A DNA stretch of 63,163 nucleotides, filler included, from Octopus bimaculoides (Eukaryota), in NCBI RefSeq assembly GCF_001194135.2. It is 7 parts of 7 records of this genome, joined end to end, with 100 filler letters (N's around TTAATTAATTAA, not from the genome) between each part and the next. Parts side by side here need not be neighbours in the genome. Positions count along the whole stretch, not along the records: positions 36,818 to 47,689 come from NC_069006.1; positions 47,790 to 53,968 come from NC_068996.1; 5 more parts are not named here. One strand, 5' to 3'. A program made the position numbers and the translations under genes. Positions within the stretch are counted from its first letter, which is position 1. The number at the start of each line of letters is the position of its first letter. This document shows positions 38,376 through 51,104 of this stretch, piece by piece. Below the pieces are notes generated by a model that saw only the letters and a list, made by a program, of their open reading frames with translations, did no database searches and was not told where the DNA came from.

Positions 38376-38428
38376 TAATAATAATAATAATAATAACAAC
38401 AACAACAACAATAATAATAATAATAATA

Positions 38429-38472
<44 letters not shown>

Positions 38473-39109
38473 NNNNNNNNNNNNNNNNNNNNNNNNNNNN
38501 NNNNNNNNNNNNNNNNNNNNNNNNNNNNNNNNNNNNNNNNNNNNNNNNNNNNNNNNNNNNNNNNNNNNNNNNNNNNNNNNNNNNNNNNNNNNNNNNNNNN
38601 NNNNNNNNNNNNNNNNNNNNNNNNNNNNNNNNNNNNNNNNNNNNNNNNNNNNNNNNNNNNNNNNNNNNNNNNNNNNNNNNNNNNNNNNNNNNNNNNNNNN
38701 NNNNNNNNNNNNNNNNNNNNNNNNNNNNNNNNNNNNNNNNNNNNNNNNNNNNNNNNNNNNNNNNNNNNNNNNNNNNNNNNNNNNNNNNNNNNNNNNNNNN
38801 NNNNNNNNNNNNNNNNNNNNNNNNNNNNNNNNNNNNNNNNNNNNNNNNNNNNNNNNNNNNNNNNNNNNNNNNNNNNNNNNNNNNNNNNNNNNNNNNNNNN
38901 NNNNNNNNNNNNNNNNNNNNNNNNNNNNNNNNNNNNNNNNNNNNNNNNNNNNNNNNNNNNNNGATATGAAGAGTTAATATCGCTGAGATTGACTTCGTTT
39001 TTCATTCTTTCAGTGGTTCGATAAAATAAAGTACCAGCAAAGTACTGGGGTCGAAGTAATCGACGAATCCCCGCTTCCTTAGAAGAATTTCTTTATTTTT
39101 TTAATTTTG

Positions 39110-39384
39110 GTTATTGTAGTTGTTGCTGCCGCTGATGATAACGACGACGACGACGATGATAATGGATGCTGATGATGATGTTGGTGGTGGTGGTGGTGGT
39201 GGTGGCGGCGGTGGTGGTGATGGTGGTGACGATATTTATGAGAATGTAATTTCGCTCATTATCGATGCTCAGGAATTGTGCACATTTGCCCAGCAATCTA
39301 ATTATGGATGTAACATGTCTGAAAGACTGTTTCTAACTGTTCCGGAGGTGGGGGCACAGTGTTTGGTGCTTGGTAATTGCTTCA

Positions 39385-39415
<31 letters not shown>

Positions 39416-39479
39416 GTTATCACCACCACCGTCATCGTTACCATCGTCTTACTCATCAGCATAGTCATCAAGATCGTCG

Positions 39480-39510
<31 letters not shown>
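39110..39510. repeat. (GAT/GGT/CAT)n trinucleotide mosaic
   Basis: Directly visible. Confidence 0.9.
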
Positions 39511-40941
39511 ACACCTACGCGTGCAGTGTTTCACAGTCACACACGCAATTGTTTACGTTAAACATGTCAAATATATGTGTACATACATTAATATAACTAC
39601 AATTAAACACGTATATTATATATATNNNNNNNNNNNNNNNNNNNNNNNNNNNNNNNNNNNNNNNNNNNNNNNNNNNNNNNNNNNNNNNNNNNNNNNNNNN
39701 NNNNNNNNNNNNNNNNNNNNNNNNNATATATATATATATATATATATATACATACACATATATATATGGAAATTGTGTGTGTATGTGCAATATGTGCATG
39801 CATGTATGTATGTATAGACGCATGAACCTGCATAAACATACGAATAGAAACAAAAATCATTTACACTTAATACATACGAGAACACACACATGCACGCACA
39901 CTCACGCTCTCTCACAAACACACACACACATACACACACGCTCGCACGCATGCACATACGCATGCACAATATTCCAAACCAATCTGTCATGTTGAAGAAT
40001 CGTGTTTTGATATCTGCAAACAAGTCACCTATAAACCAATCAAAAAACACCCCTACACCTTCCTTCCACACACACATCATTCTCTGATTTCGCCCACCCA
40101 CCTCCTCCTTCTCTATCTCCTTCTCCTTTTCTCTGGCCCCCTTTACCTGAAGCCTTCTGTCGCTTCTTTTTCTCTCTTCTTTCTCTCCTTATGTCCTTAA
40201 TTTCCCAGTTCTTGTTCTCCAGGCTCATTCTTCAAGCGCTCTTCACACAACAACGGCTCCGCCCATTTGTTTGCCATGTATCAAAACTGCTGTGGCACCC
40301 ATCAAAAACGAGGGGATCCACTTAAGCATGGAATACAATATGCAAACATAAGTCTTATATAATTTTCCTCTCTGGCAGGCATAGCATATTCTTCCAAAAA
40401 GCAAAATGGAAGATACTGTAACTATGAATATCAAAAAGCAGAGAAATATGAAGAATGCCTTGATATGGAAAATACGCAAATATTGAAAGGGATGACTTCG
40501 GAAAGAATATCACGGACTCATTAGATTAATACTTAGAATAGAGCAAACACAAAAATATGGTAATGGTTATTTGCTTCCCATCTTTTTCCATTCTTAAGTT
40601 CTACTTAGAATATTCTCTACTGGACGCTCAGTGAATTGTAAGAAATAAAATGGAAAGAAAATAAGAGAAACAAGAGCACTACGGCCACAGCACAAGGGGA
40701 CACTACAAAGACAGACACAACACCACAGTGGGGACAAAAAACATAAAACGAATGAAAATGAAATGGCTGCATGGGCCCCACTCCCATGCAGTATCATTTG
40801 AACGTTTATATAGTCTATTTATAATCGTTCTATTATCTTATTGTTTTTTTCTTAATCTCGTTTTTTCCTCTTTTTTTTAAATGAAACAATTTTACTTTTT
40901 TCCTTCTTTCTTTAATAAAACAATTTTACATTTTTTACTTT

Positions 40942-42475
40942 TTAATATCTCATGAAACGTTCTAAATCTTTTAGCTCCACTACTGGTGGCAATTCATCGA
41001 ACTCCACCATCACTCCTGGCGGGTCAATCCCTTCTCCACACATGTCTTTTAGTCTGTTGTAGGTGTCCTTGTCAACTACGATGGCCTTCACATTCTCGGA
41101 ATACACATCCGTAGGCAACTTTACTCTTATAATATGTTTAAACTTTAATACTTTCTTTTCAGTTTCCTTGCTTTTTGCGTACGTCACAAAATTCCATCGA
41201 AATCTTCCTTTTCTTATTTGTTTTCTCTTTTCCTGCTCCGCTCCTGGTACTTTCTTTTTTACTTCCACCACTCAGAACAGTCTCTCCACTTGCGTTTTTA
41301 AATTTTCTTCCTCCACTGGAACAACCGGTGTCTTCACCGATGTCTCCTCCTCATTGAACACTTCTTCAAGTTCTTTTTCGCTTATTTTATCCACCACCAT
41401 TTTGTCTTCCTTCTTTCTCGTCTCCTCCTTTTCCATCTCTTCTTTCTTCTTTTTCTGCTGCTCTGGCGGAGAGCTCCCTCTCCCAATTCTCTTTCTTTTT
41501 TTTAAACACCCTGAACCCCTCCTCTGTTACTTTCTCCTTTATCTCGACCTGTACCACCTGACCCGTGCTCTCCTGCCTCTCCGTCTGCTCTATCTGTTGT
41601 TCCCTCTGGGGGTACCTCGCCTTCATGTGGCCCTTTTCCCCACATGTATGACATATAGGCGGCCTGCCCTCCACCACCACTCTCAATCTTACGTCATCGG
41701 GCAACACTATCCCTTCGACAATTCTGTTTAGGTCTTCCACTGTTGCTTGAACGTTTAACTCTATTCCATATCCCCAGTAGTTAACTCTTTGGGTTCTTGT
41801 GGCCTTCAGTATCTTGGCCTCCTCATTCATGTCATACATTATGGCTGTCATCAGCCATGCTTCTTTCAGCTCTGGGGGCACTTTGCCAACTCGCACCCTG
41901 GCCACACGTTTGCCACAGTACGATGGCAAAAGTACCCATTCTTCCGATCTTAGTGCTTAATTGCTTCCTCTTCTGATGCAAAACACACCTCCACAGTAGC
42001 GTACTTTCTCCCTCTTGTTATAAATGTGGTTAGTCTTTTTATAGTCTTCAAACATCCTTCAATAGCTTGTATTGTCGCTATTTCTACTTTCCTTGTTGCT
42101 ATCTTCATTGTCTTATATATCACCGTTCTTTTCATTACATTGGTTGTTAGTTCCACGGGCGGCGTTAATTTCAGTGTATTTCCGTCTCTTTCCAGCAACT
42201 TCTCGCATTCCTTCATTTTTCGAGGTTCAACCTTTATTTCTCGTACCTCCAGCGTTTCCACGTCTATCCCTTTTCCAGTTGCAGCCGCATAACTGGGGCC
42301 ACCTGCTGGCGGTTTCTCCATTTTTCCCACAATGGGGAAAAAACAACAATTCAAAATAACACTAGCAACAATTCGAACAGTAACAATCAATCAAACAAAT
42401 ATTTAACACTATGACTTACGTCTAACACAACAAAAAACAACTCAAACCGCCTGTTTGGTCACATCGCAAACATCC
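40942..42475 (-). mobile_element. L1/Tx1-type ORF1 (gag-like) with 5' UTR; two frameshifts and one nonsense codon
   Basis: MEKPPAGGPSYAAA..TVEVCFASEEEA..RVRVGKVP..VVEGRPPICHTCGEKGHMKARYP (knuckle, last Cys to Tyr), K/E-rich linker, C-terminal domain ending ERFMRY*. Confidence 0.75.
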
Positions 42476-42504
42476 GTCAATGCAACACCAACGTCCTCTC
42501 AACG

Positions 42505-42808
42505 ATTAGCCAGAGATGATTCTTAAAATGAGAATATCTGAAATAAACTCGACTGCTCTCACAAACGAGAATATCGAAAATGAACCCGACCGCTCTCAAA
42601 AATTNNNNNNNNNNNNNNNNNNNNNNNNNNNNNNNNNNNNNNNNNNNNNNNNNNNNNTTAATCAGTTCGTGCCAATCGCGAGGCCAAACATCCTTGAAAG
42701 TTTCATCCGAATCCATCCAGCGGTTCTTGATATATCTTGTCCACGGACAAACAAACAAACGAACGCGACTGAAAACAATACTTCCACTTTCGCTAAGGCG
42801 GAGGTAAT
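42505..42808. mobile_element. Tentative non-autonomous Helentron/DINE-like repeat
   Basis: ttcatccgaatccatccagcggttcttg..(caaa)n..gaaaacaatac..cgctaaggcggaggtaataa resembles recalled termini of such elements. Confidence 0.35.
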
Positions 42809-42823
42809 AATATATGTATTAAA

Positions 42824-43053
42824 GGCGGCGAGCTGGCAGAACCCTTTGCACGCCGGACGAAATTCTTAGCGGTATTTCGTCTGCCGTTACGTTCTGAGTT
42901 CAAATTCTGCCGAGGTCGACTTTGCCTTTCATCCTTTCGGGTCGATTAAATAAGTACCAGTTACGCGCTAGGCTCGATGTAATCGACTTAATCCCTTTGT
43001 CTGTCCTTGTTTGTCCCCTCTGTGCTTGGCCCCTTGTGGGCAATAAAGAAGTA
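42824..43053 (+). mobile_element. Well-preserved full-length tRNA-derived SINE
   Basis: GGCGGCGAGCTGGCAGAA..GAGTTCAAATTC (B box)..CTTTGCCTTTCATCCTTTCGGGTCGAT..AAGTACCAG..caataaagaa tail; more than 15 relatives in the window. Confidence 0.85.
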
Positions 43054-43204
43054 AATATATGTATTAAGACTACACTTAAATGTTATATTTACCCAGAATA
43101 TGGCGAGTTAGGGATATTATGTAACAAGAAAATCGCCATAAACTCTTTACTGTAGAAGTAAAAATATCCATTTGGAAAATTAATACAAGTAGAATCTTAT
43201 TTGT

Positions 43205-43455
43205 CTTCTACTTGTTTCATTCATTGAACTTTGGCCATGCTGGGGCACTGCCTTTGAAGTGTCTTAGTGAAACAAATCGTTCCTAGTATTTATTTTTAAA
43301 TTTAGTACTTATTTTATCAGTCGCTTTTGCCAAACTGCTAAGCTACGGGGGCGTAAATAAACCAACACCAATTGTCAATCAGTGCTAGGGTCACAAGCAC
43401 ATATATAGACACACACACACGTAGACACACACATACATATATATGTATGTATGTA

Positions 43456-43508
<53 letters not shown>

Positions 43509-43660
43509 GAAGGGCTTCCACACAGTTTCCAACTACCAAATGAACTCGCAAGCCATTGGTTGTCTCTGGACTCTACTAAAAGACATCTGCCCAAAGCAGT
43601 GGAACTGAATCCGAAATCATATTTTTGCAAAGTGAGCGTCTTAATCACACAAGCGTGTCT
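43205..43660 (-). mobile_element. CORE-type SINE with internal (TA)n
   Basis: Homologous to 2291 and to the reverse complement of 29676. Confidence 0.7.
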
Positions 43661-44839
43661 GCTCCTAATAATATATTTACCACGGATACAGGGAGTTAAG
43701 GGCTTTATGCAACGAGAAATGTATCGTAAACTAGCTACTGTAGAAGTAAAAACTATCTTGTAAAGAACATTGGAAAACCAATGCAAATAGCTTTGAAACC
43801 TCTGCAAAGCCAAATATTCTCTGTCTTCAAAGAAATCAACAAATATAAAAGCAATGTTGATATCACAGATGTTTATGAAGAGGACAACACTCTTTACAGG
43901 CTACTGTTCTGGTTTCGTGCGATCATGAGGGCTCGTATATAAATGGTGACTTCCACTCGGCCATATATCATCAAATGGTATATCTGCACTGACCACACCC
44001 GTCTGAGCTCGATATCGTAATAAATATCCTTAACGTTGATTGTTGTCTTTTTTTCCCCTTCAAATACCATGGAACCACCATATGGACAGTTGAGCCGCGT
44101 ACTATTTGAGCTGGCATTTCATTCCCTCATCTGTTTTAAAGATGATTCATATAATACCATATAACTTTCCTCTCCCAAACAAATATATTTCACTTAAAAT
44201 ATCTGCTGTCTCCAATGGGTAGGATAAGAAAGCTTTTCGTGTTCTTAGAAAGGCATGGATACGTTACATTTCTTCTCCTGCAGGCCTCAATGACTGACCG
44301 TGAATGTCCGATGCCAGTCCAATGGACAAAATGTATTAGACTTTCGATTTTTCCCCAAAATGTTCCATACCAAGAGCATTCTATTTTTGAAAAACAATAA
44401 ACGTTTACAAAGGACAGCCCGTTTCTAGCCATGTTTCCGCTCCCTGTGACATACACACGCATGCTGTTGGTGCTGCCGTTGTTATTTGTCTTGTTGCTGT
44501 TGTGTATTTTACAGCACATTCCTATTGTATTGTTACAATTATTTTCATTTTCTGTTTTGCATTGTTTTATTATTTCCTCCTACTTTGTTTAGTATCATCA
44601 TTCTGAGGAGCGAATCAGAGAAAATAAGAAGTCAATTTCTTTTACCTTAGACGATAGACTGGAATAAAAATATCTTTAGAAACCAGTCCTTGTTGTCTAA
44701 TCCCTGCAGGTAGAGATCACCTTCCCAAAACGCTCAGTAAGTGCTTTGGGTGAAATAGGATCCCGAATGAAAATCACTTTCTTCAGTTACACTTGTAAAA
44801 TATCAAGAAACATCGGTCTAGAATTTAATACGTCAGCAA

Positions 44840-44978
44840 ATAATAGCAACAACAACTACAACAATGATGATGATGATGATAATGATGATGATCATAATAA
44901 TAATAATAATGATAATAATAATAATACTGAATGGTATTATTATTATTATTATAACAAAAGCAAAAACAAATATTAGAA

Positions 44979-45030
<52 letters not shown>

Positions 45031-45054
45031 TGTAATTATGGCAATAATAATAAC

Positions 45055-45115
<61 letters not shown>

Positions 45116-47517
45116 ATGATGTTAATAATAATTATAATAATAATTATAATAATAATAATAATAATAATAATAATTATAATAATAATTATGATAGTTGTAT
45201 ATAACGACCATAGTAAACATGGCGTTTTTGTTGTTGTTGTTGGGGGGGGTTCTGGTGGTGGTGGTGAGTCAACGATGAGGATGATAATGATTTTGGGGAC
45301 GACGACGGGGACGATGGAGATGATGATTATGATGATGACGGTAGCGACGATGATGATGGTGGAAGTGATGGTGGAGGTGGTTATAATTGTAGCGTGTATA
45401 GGAGATAGGGAGAATGAAAGAAGACGAGAAGGAGGAGGAAGAGGAGGGGGAGAAGGAAAATGTATAACAAAGAAATGCAAATGGAGAAATGGAAAAATCA
45501 TAGGAAAATAGTAGTTTCTAATTTAGAGATTCATGGCTAGTGGTTTGGCGGGGGAAGGAGTTAGTCGTACTCCATTTACCCCCAGTATCGTACGGGTACT
45601 TTATTTTATCGATCGTCGAAATGTCGAAAAACTGGTTTCCTTTGAAGAAAAAGATGAAGAAAGAGAAAAAAGAGGGTGAGAGAACGACGACGACGACGAA
45701 GAGGTGGAACGGAGGTGGATCATCATGGAGAAGAAGAAGAAGAAGAAGAAGAAGAAGAAGAAACTTTTATTAAAGAGCTTCGAAGTATATGGAATGAATA
45801 AAAAGTATTTTCAAAAAAAAAAAACAATAGAATATTTGATTGAAAGGAAAGAGAAAAAAACTGATAAATTGTGTAAAATATTGAACGAGTTCTATATATT
45901 TCGTTGGATATTGTTGACTGGAAATATTGGCGGCTATTACAATGTGTATGTAGGCGGATAGCAGAGGAAACGAGAGAGAGAGAGAGAAGATGGCGGAATA
46001 GGGAAATAAGAGAGAAATTTTGATCGTCTGCGTCTTTATAGCGATTGTGTAAGAGGAAGGGTGTGAGGTATTGCAGTAATAAAGTGGGAGGAGAAGAAGA
46101 GAGAGGAGAGATAGGCTGTGTATGTGTGAACGCGCGGGCGTGTGTGTGTGTTTGTGTAAGCGCTTGTGGTGATGGGTGGTGACTGTGAGCGTTAAGGGGA
46201 GAAGTGTGAGGTATTAGCAAGACTAGGGTAAGCGGGGAGGAAGAAGGAAAGATGAACTGTGTGTGGTGGGGGTAGAGGAGATTGTAGAGGTCAGAAAAAT
46301 GAGAGAGTAGAGGGAGAGGGGGAGGAGAGTCATACTGAGTGTGTGTAGTGCGTGTGCATTTATATGTTGTGTGTGCGTGTGTCTGTGTGTGTACGCATAC
46401 ATATGAATAGTGTGTGTATGTGTATGTGTGTAGGTGGGATGTGCGTGTAGGGAAGACGGTGGTGGTAGGGAAAAGAAGGAAAGGACGTAAAGAGGAATGG
46501 GATGGACGGTGTGTGTGTGAAAGAAGACGGAGAAACACAGAGTCTGAATAGAGGTAAGAGAAGAGAATAGAGAGAGTAGGAGAAGGAGAGACAAAGAGAG
46601 AGAGGGAAGGGGTGTATGTAGTGTGTGTTTGTGTGGATAGGTGTTTTCGGATTAAGACAGAAGAGGGTGATGGGTGGGAGGAAGAGAATGGAAGATAATA
46701 TGATAAAATAGAGAGAGGGAGGGGGTTTTGTGTAAAAATGTGTGCATATGACTGTGTGTATGTGCTTATGAGAGAGCTAGAGTGTACGTGTGCATGTGTT
46801 TATGTGTGTGTAAGTTCATGAGAGAGTGTGTGTGTCATATGTTTGATGCATGTGTAGGTTTCTCTAAGCGAGAGATACTGTATATGTGCGTATATATGCG
46901 TGTGTTTAAACGATCGTATGTATGCGTTTAAAAGAAAGGTTGTGTGCTTGTGTGTGTGTGTGTGTGTATGTATGTGTGTGTGTGTGTGTGTGTGTTTAAA
47001 AGACAAGTAGCACGCATTTGTGTGCTTGTGATACAAAGAGATGCTGTAAGTATATGTGTATGTGTACAGGCATATAAGTATATATGTGCGGGTATATACA
47101 GATATGTGCGTGTGTATATACGTATATATGTACGTGTATATATGTATACGTGTGCGTGTGTATATGTACATGCGTTCATGTACAGGTATGTATGTGTGCA
47201 TGTTTAAGATAGACGCAGTGCATATGTGTATGTACGTATGTATGCCTGTATGTACGTAAGTGTGTGTATTTAAGAGGCAGATAATGTATTTATGCTTCGT
47301 GTGTTAGCAAGATATACACGTGTTTAAGGAAGGGTTTGCGTGTGTATGCGTGTATATACGTGTATGTGTGTATAGGGAGCTAAATTGGGGGTTTAAGAAA
47401 GTGTGTGTGTGTGTCTGTGACAGTAAATGGTGAGATAAAAGTGGTAGGTTATGAAGAAATGAAGAAATGTAGTTTACAATAAGAGAGAGAGAAAAAAAAG
47501 AGAGGTAGAGAGGGAGG

Positions 47518-47553
<36 letters not shown>

Positions 47554-47689
47554 GTGGTAGGAAGCCGAGGAGAGATAGAAAGGGTGAGTGTGATAATGAG
47601 AGGGTGAACGTAGAGAAGTGAAAAGTAAGAGTAATGAGTGAGGGAGAAAGAAAGAGAGGGGAGTGGATGTAAGACCGAAAGAGTATGGA
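44840..47689. repeat. Dense mosaic of (TAA),(TAG),(GAT),(GAA),(GA),(TG) microsatellites
   Basis: Directly visible; source of the poly-I/V/S/H ORFs. Confidence 0.9.
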
Positions 47690-47789
47690 NNNNNNNNNNN
47701 NNNNNNNNNNNNNNNNNNNNNNNNNNNNNNNNNTTAATTAATTAANNNNNNNNNNNNNNNNNNNNNNNNNNNNNNNNNNNNNNNNNNNN
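47690..47789. other. Artificial scaffold spacer
   Basis: 44N-TTAATTAATTAA-44N. Confidence 0.95.
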
Positions 47790-48175
47790 AGCAATCTATC
47801 GTAGTGGCATCTCCAGACCTCTTTCTTTGCATCCTCATTTAATGCAAGCGTACCATCATCCATGCGAACACATTTCTCTCCTACAACATCACTATTCTCT
47901 CTCCTACACTGTCTTGCAACACGAAATACCTCGAGTCTTTGGTCCTCACGGCGCAGAACATTGGCAAATCTTTCCTTATCTGCTTCCCCTCTGGCTAAAT
48001 AAACCTGTCGCCTAGCCTCCCTTCTGGCACATTGGTACAATTCCCTGCTACCACCGTTCTTCCAGTCCTTCCAAGCCTGTTTCTTTTGTCTAATAGCCCT
48101 GTCTACCTCCTTGTTCCACCACCACGTTACTCTGGGTTGGGAGGGGACCTTACACCACCCACAAATCTGGTCGGT
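47790..48175 (-). mobile_element. RTE-X-like LINE ORF2 fragment (EN-RT linker)
   Basis: TWWWNKEVDRAIRQKKQAWKDWK..EDQRLEVFRVARQ..DVVGEKCVR..KKEVWRCHYDRL. Confidence 0.75.
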
Positions 48176-48936
48176 GGCTACACACACACACATACATGTA
48201 TATACACACATATATATAGAGAGAAAGATACATATGTACATAGAAATACATATGTAAATAAATATATACTTACATATATATATATACACATATACATATG
48301 TACATATACATATATACACATACATATATGTATGTATATACATATTTTTGCAAATGATGATTTCTTATTGTCTTTTATCAACTTGGAAATCTTAGGATAT
48401 CCAACTTTTATATTTGAAGCAAAAAAATTCCAAACTTTCTCTAAAAACAAAAGTTAAAAGCTTTTCGTAAATATTTCACATTTCATGTTTCCATAACATA
48501 ACACACACACACACACACACACACATATGTTCGCATACATATATGCGTGCACATACATAAATGGTGATTGCCCCATTTTCACAGATGGTTATTGTCTGTT
48601 TCTGAGCTTCCTCATTGTCAATGGCACATCTGACCTTCCACCCATGACCTCTCAGTTGACTAATTCAGTTCCACTGCAAATTTGCATGGTTTGAAACGTA
48701 GGTGACAGACAACAGTTGTAATTTCCACTGGATTGACCTGATCATTTTGTGAGATATGATCCCTGTGAATTGCCCTGTCTCTCTCCAGTCCTGAAATCGA
48801 CTTCCAAGCCCTTTCATACACTAAACATGTTGAACCATCTGGTCTAGGAGGAATGATGTTGCGCAATTGATCTTTCAGGGGACTACAAATCGTTGACACA
48901 CTCTTCTTTGAAAAGGGGTACACAGCCATATGTTTA

Positions 48937-49185
48937 ACACCTCCAACAATTCATGCTCTCATTGAGGTTCTCATGACAGCCCCCACCAAAACCAGTGCTT
49001 TAGGGTTTCATGCTCTAAGCAACCTTCTTGGAAAGTTTTACAGTCTTTCCTTATGTTTCACACCTCCAACAATTTATGCCCTCATTGAGGTTCTCATGAC
49101 AGACCCCGCCCCAAAAGCCAGTGCTTTGGGCTTTTGTGCCCAGAGCAACCTTCATCAAAAGTTTTACAGTCTTTCCTTATATGCT
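48937..49185. repeat. 123-126-bp diverged tandem duplication inside the RTE 3' region
   Basis: acacctccaacaat at 48937 and 49060. Confidence 0.8.
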
Positions 49186-49587
49186 TCCTCCACTCAGCTC
49201 TTTCAAAAGCTAGTTCTTCTTTCCAAAGCCAGTCTTTTACATTGATGTGCAGTTCCTTCATATTGCTTTTTAGGCAGTCTTTTGTTGTTTTTTTCTTTTG
49301 CTACCATTTTTGTGGTTCACGCTGAGGATACCTTCTAGTGCACAACTCACTTTGTGAACATCTGTTCTAAAGTAGAACAGCTGCTGTGGATTCCTATTGC
49401 ATTCTATATCCACAAGGTTACCTGCCCAACAAATCTGAGAAACTATGCCAGGTGACTGTATGCTTGAGTATCCCACCTTTGCAAAGACTTTTGTGTCAGA
49501 TGCTTTAATTTGCCACTTGACGTTGAGTATGCATTTCAAAACTTTTTTGATAAAAGCCCTTAAGCAGCTTGAGATGTCTACAATGTA

Positions 49588-49854
49588 AAAATAAAAAAAT
49601 ATAAAATATGCCCTTTTAAAGCCTAGCCAGGCTCATGGGCCCGGTTTCCCGGTTTCAATGGCGTATGTTTTCCCCAGCTGGATGGGACACCAGTCCATCG
49701 CAGCGTTACTCATTTTTGCCAGCTGAGTGGACTGGAACAACGTGAAATGAAGTGTTTTGCTCAAGAACACAACGCGTTGCCCGGTCCAGGAATCGAAACC
49801 ACAATCTTACAATCATGATGCTGACACCCTAACCACTAAGCCATGTGCCTCCAC
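49588..49854 (-). mobile_element. Full-length tRNA/CORE-type SINE with 13-bp TSD
   Basis: Minus strand gtggaggcacatggcttagtggttagg..ggtttcgattcc..gttcttgagcaaaacactt; TSD tgtctacaatgta at 49575-49587 and 49855-49867. Confidence 0.85.
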
Positions 49855-50454
49855 TGTCTACAATGTACTGTCCATATTTCAGAAGAATACAAGAGAGAGC
49901 TATTTGTAAGCAAGCCATGTAAATGCTCAGTTTGGTCTAGGTGATGACACAGCAATTTGTCCAGTCTCTCTTTCCAAGTTTCCTGAATGTTATAGATGCA
50001 TTTTTGCATATAGGGAGTCATCTTTCAACAACATACTGCCCAGCTAAACAAAAGTATCAACTCCATCCAAATCTTCTTAACATATTCTACAATATCTGGG
50101 TCAGCATAAGGATCGCCCGGTGCAAACGTGAACATTACCTTGGTATTTTCGAAATGGTTTTAAGACCAAAGGCTGTACATAAAGCAGGATACACACTCCT
50201 CTAGATTGGCAAACTAAAAGATGAATGACAAGAAGGTGGTGTTGGCTTTGCGATTGTAACAACTTTGGTAGAACATACGGAGCATATTTTTATTATCACT
50301 GATCGTATGGATATTATACAACAATCTTGTCAATTTATGCTGTTTCACGTACACATACCAATGCATACACAAACACTCATATGGACATCAATTCATTCAT
50401 ACATATGAATACAGGGTGATTTTTTTACTCCTTATACAGAGTTTGACCACCTCC

Positions 50455-50700
50455 TGTACCTACACCTTAGAACCATCATGGTGTCTGATGTGGCTTTTTA
50501 AACCAGACAATGTTTTGAAAAGACACCCACATAGATTGCATATCTGCTTTGGACCACCAAGAACTGCAGTTAAGTCCTGATTTTTGTGGATCTTAAAATG
50601 TCTTATGAGGCCTCCATTAGATTTGCAGACCTTATGGCATATCACACGCTACACACATTCCTTCCAAGCACTGCTGTAAGCAGCGAGCTAGAATGTTAAA
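50455..50700 (-). mobile_element. Fragment with two C2H2 fingers, most likely an RTE ORF2 C-terminus
   Basis: HKVCKSNGGLIRHFKIH and CNLCGCLFKTLSGLKSHIRHH; resembles the 48700-48830 finger and lacks TGEKP linkers. Confidence 0.6.
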
Positions 50701-51068
50701 ACTTAGTGCACATGCACAGCAGAGTTCAAGGTAAATCTGTGCCATGCAGCTTCACTCTGCATGATTTAGCTTCGTTAATATGGCAACAGTCCGGATACTT
50801 ATTGATCAGACTACGTAAACTTAAATATCCATCGCTATACTGAAACGGATATTCATATTAGAATAAAGGCATGTNNNNNNNNNNNNNNNNNNNNNNNNNN
50901 NNNNNNNNNNNNNNNNNNNNNNNNNNNNNNNNNNNNNNNNNNNNNNNNNNNNNNNNNNNNNNNNNNNNNNNNNNGTGTGTGTGTGTATACATTTATATAT
51001 ATTTAAAAAGATTTGTAAAAGTACCACACGATTAAGTAGATATTGAAGATGAATAAAAATGAAAATGC

Positions 51069-51104
<36 letters not shown>

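Larger units (their letters stand above)
48560..50220 (-). mobile_element. RTE(BovB-like) LINE 3' portion: end of RT to C-terminal C2H2 region
   Basis: FGL..NTKVMF, LLYSSEIWTV, KCILNVKWQ, WAGNL, WRKHIRKDCK, CLVYERAWKSISGLERDRAIH; interrupted by a SINE at 49588-49854. Confidence 0.8.

Noticed and set aside
40216-40800. Possible ORF2 of the adjacent L1/Tx1 ORF1
   Set aside because: No endonuclease motifs on the minus strand; plus-strand hints are too degraded to assign.
43840-44400. Non-repetitive block with acceptor-like sites
   Set aside because: Only short frames and no recognisable homology.
44711-44737. Possible 27-nt microexon (cag|GTAGAG...CTCA|gtaagt)
   Set aside because: Splice-like signals alone are common; no recognisable product or neighbouring exons.
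50455-50645. Host C2H2 zinc-finger gene exon
   Set aside because: Only two fingers with no TGEKP linker, similar to the finger at the end of the adjacent RTE, so interpreted as LINE-derived.
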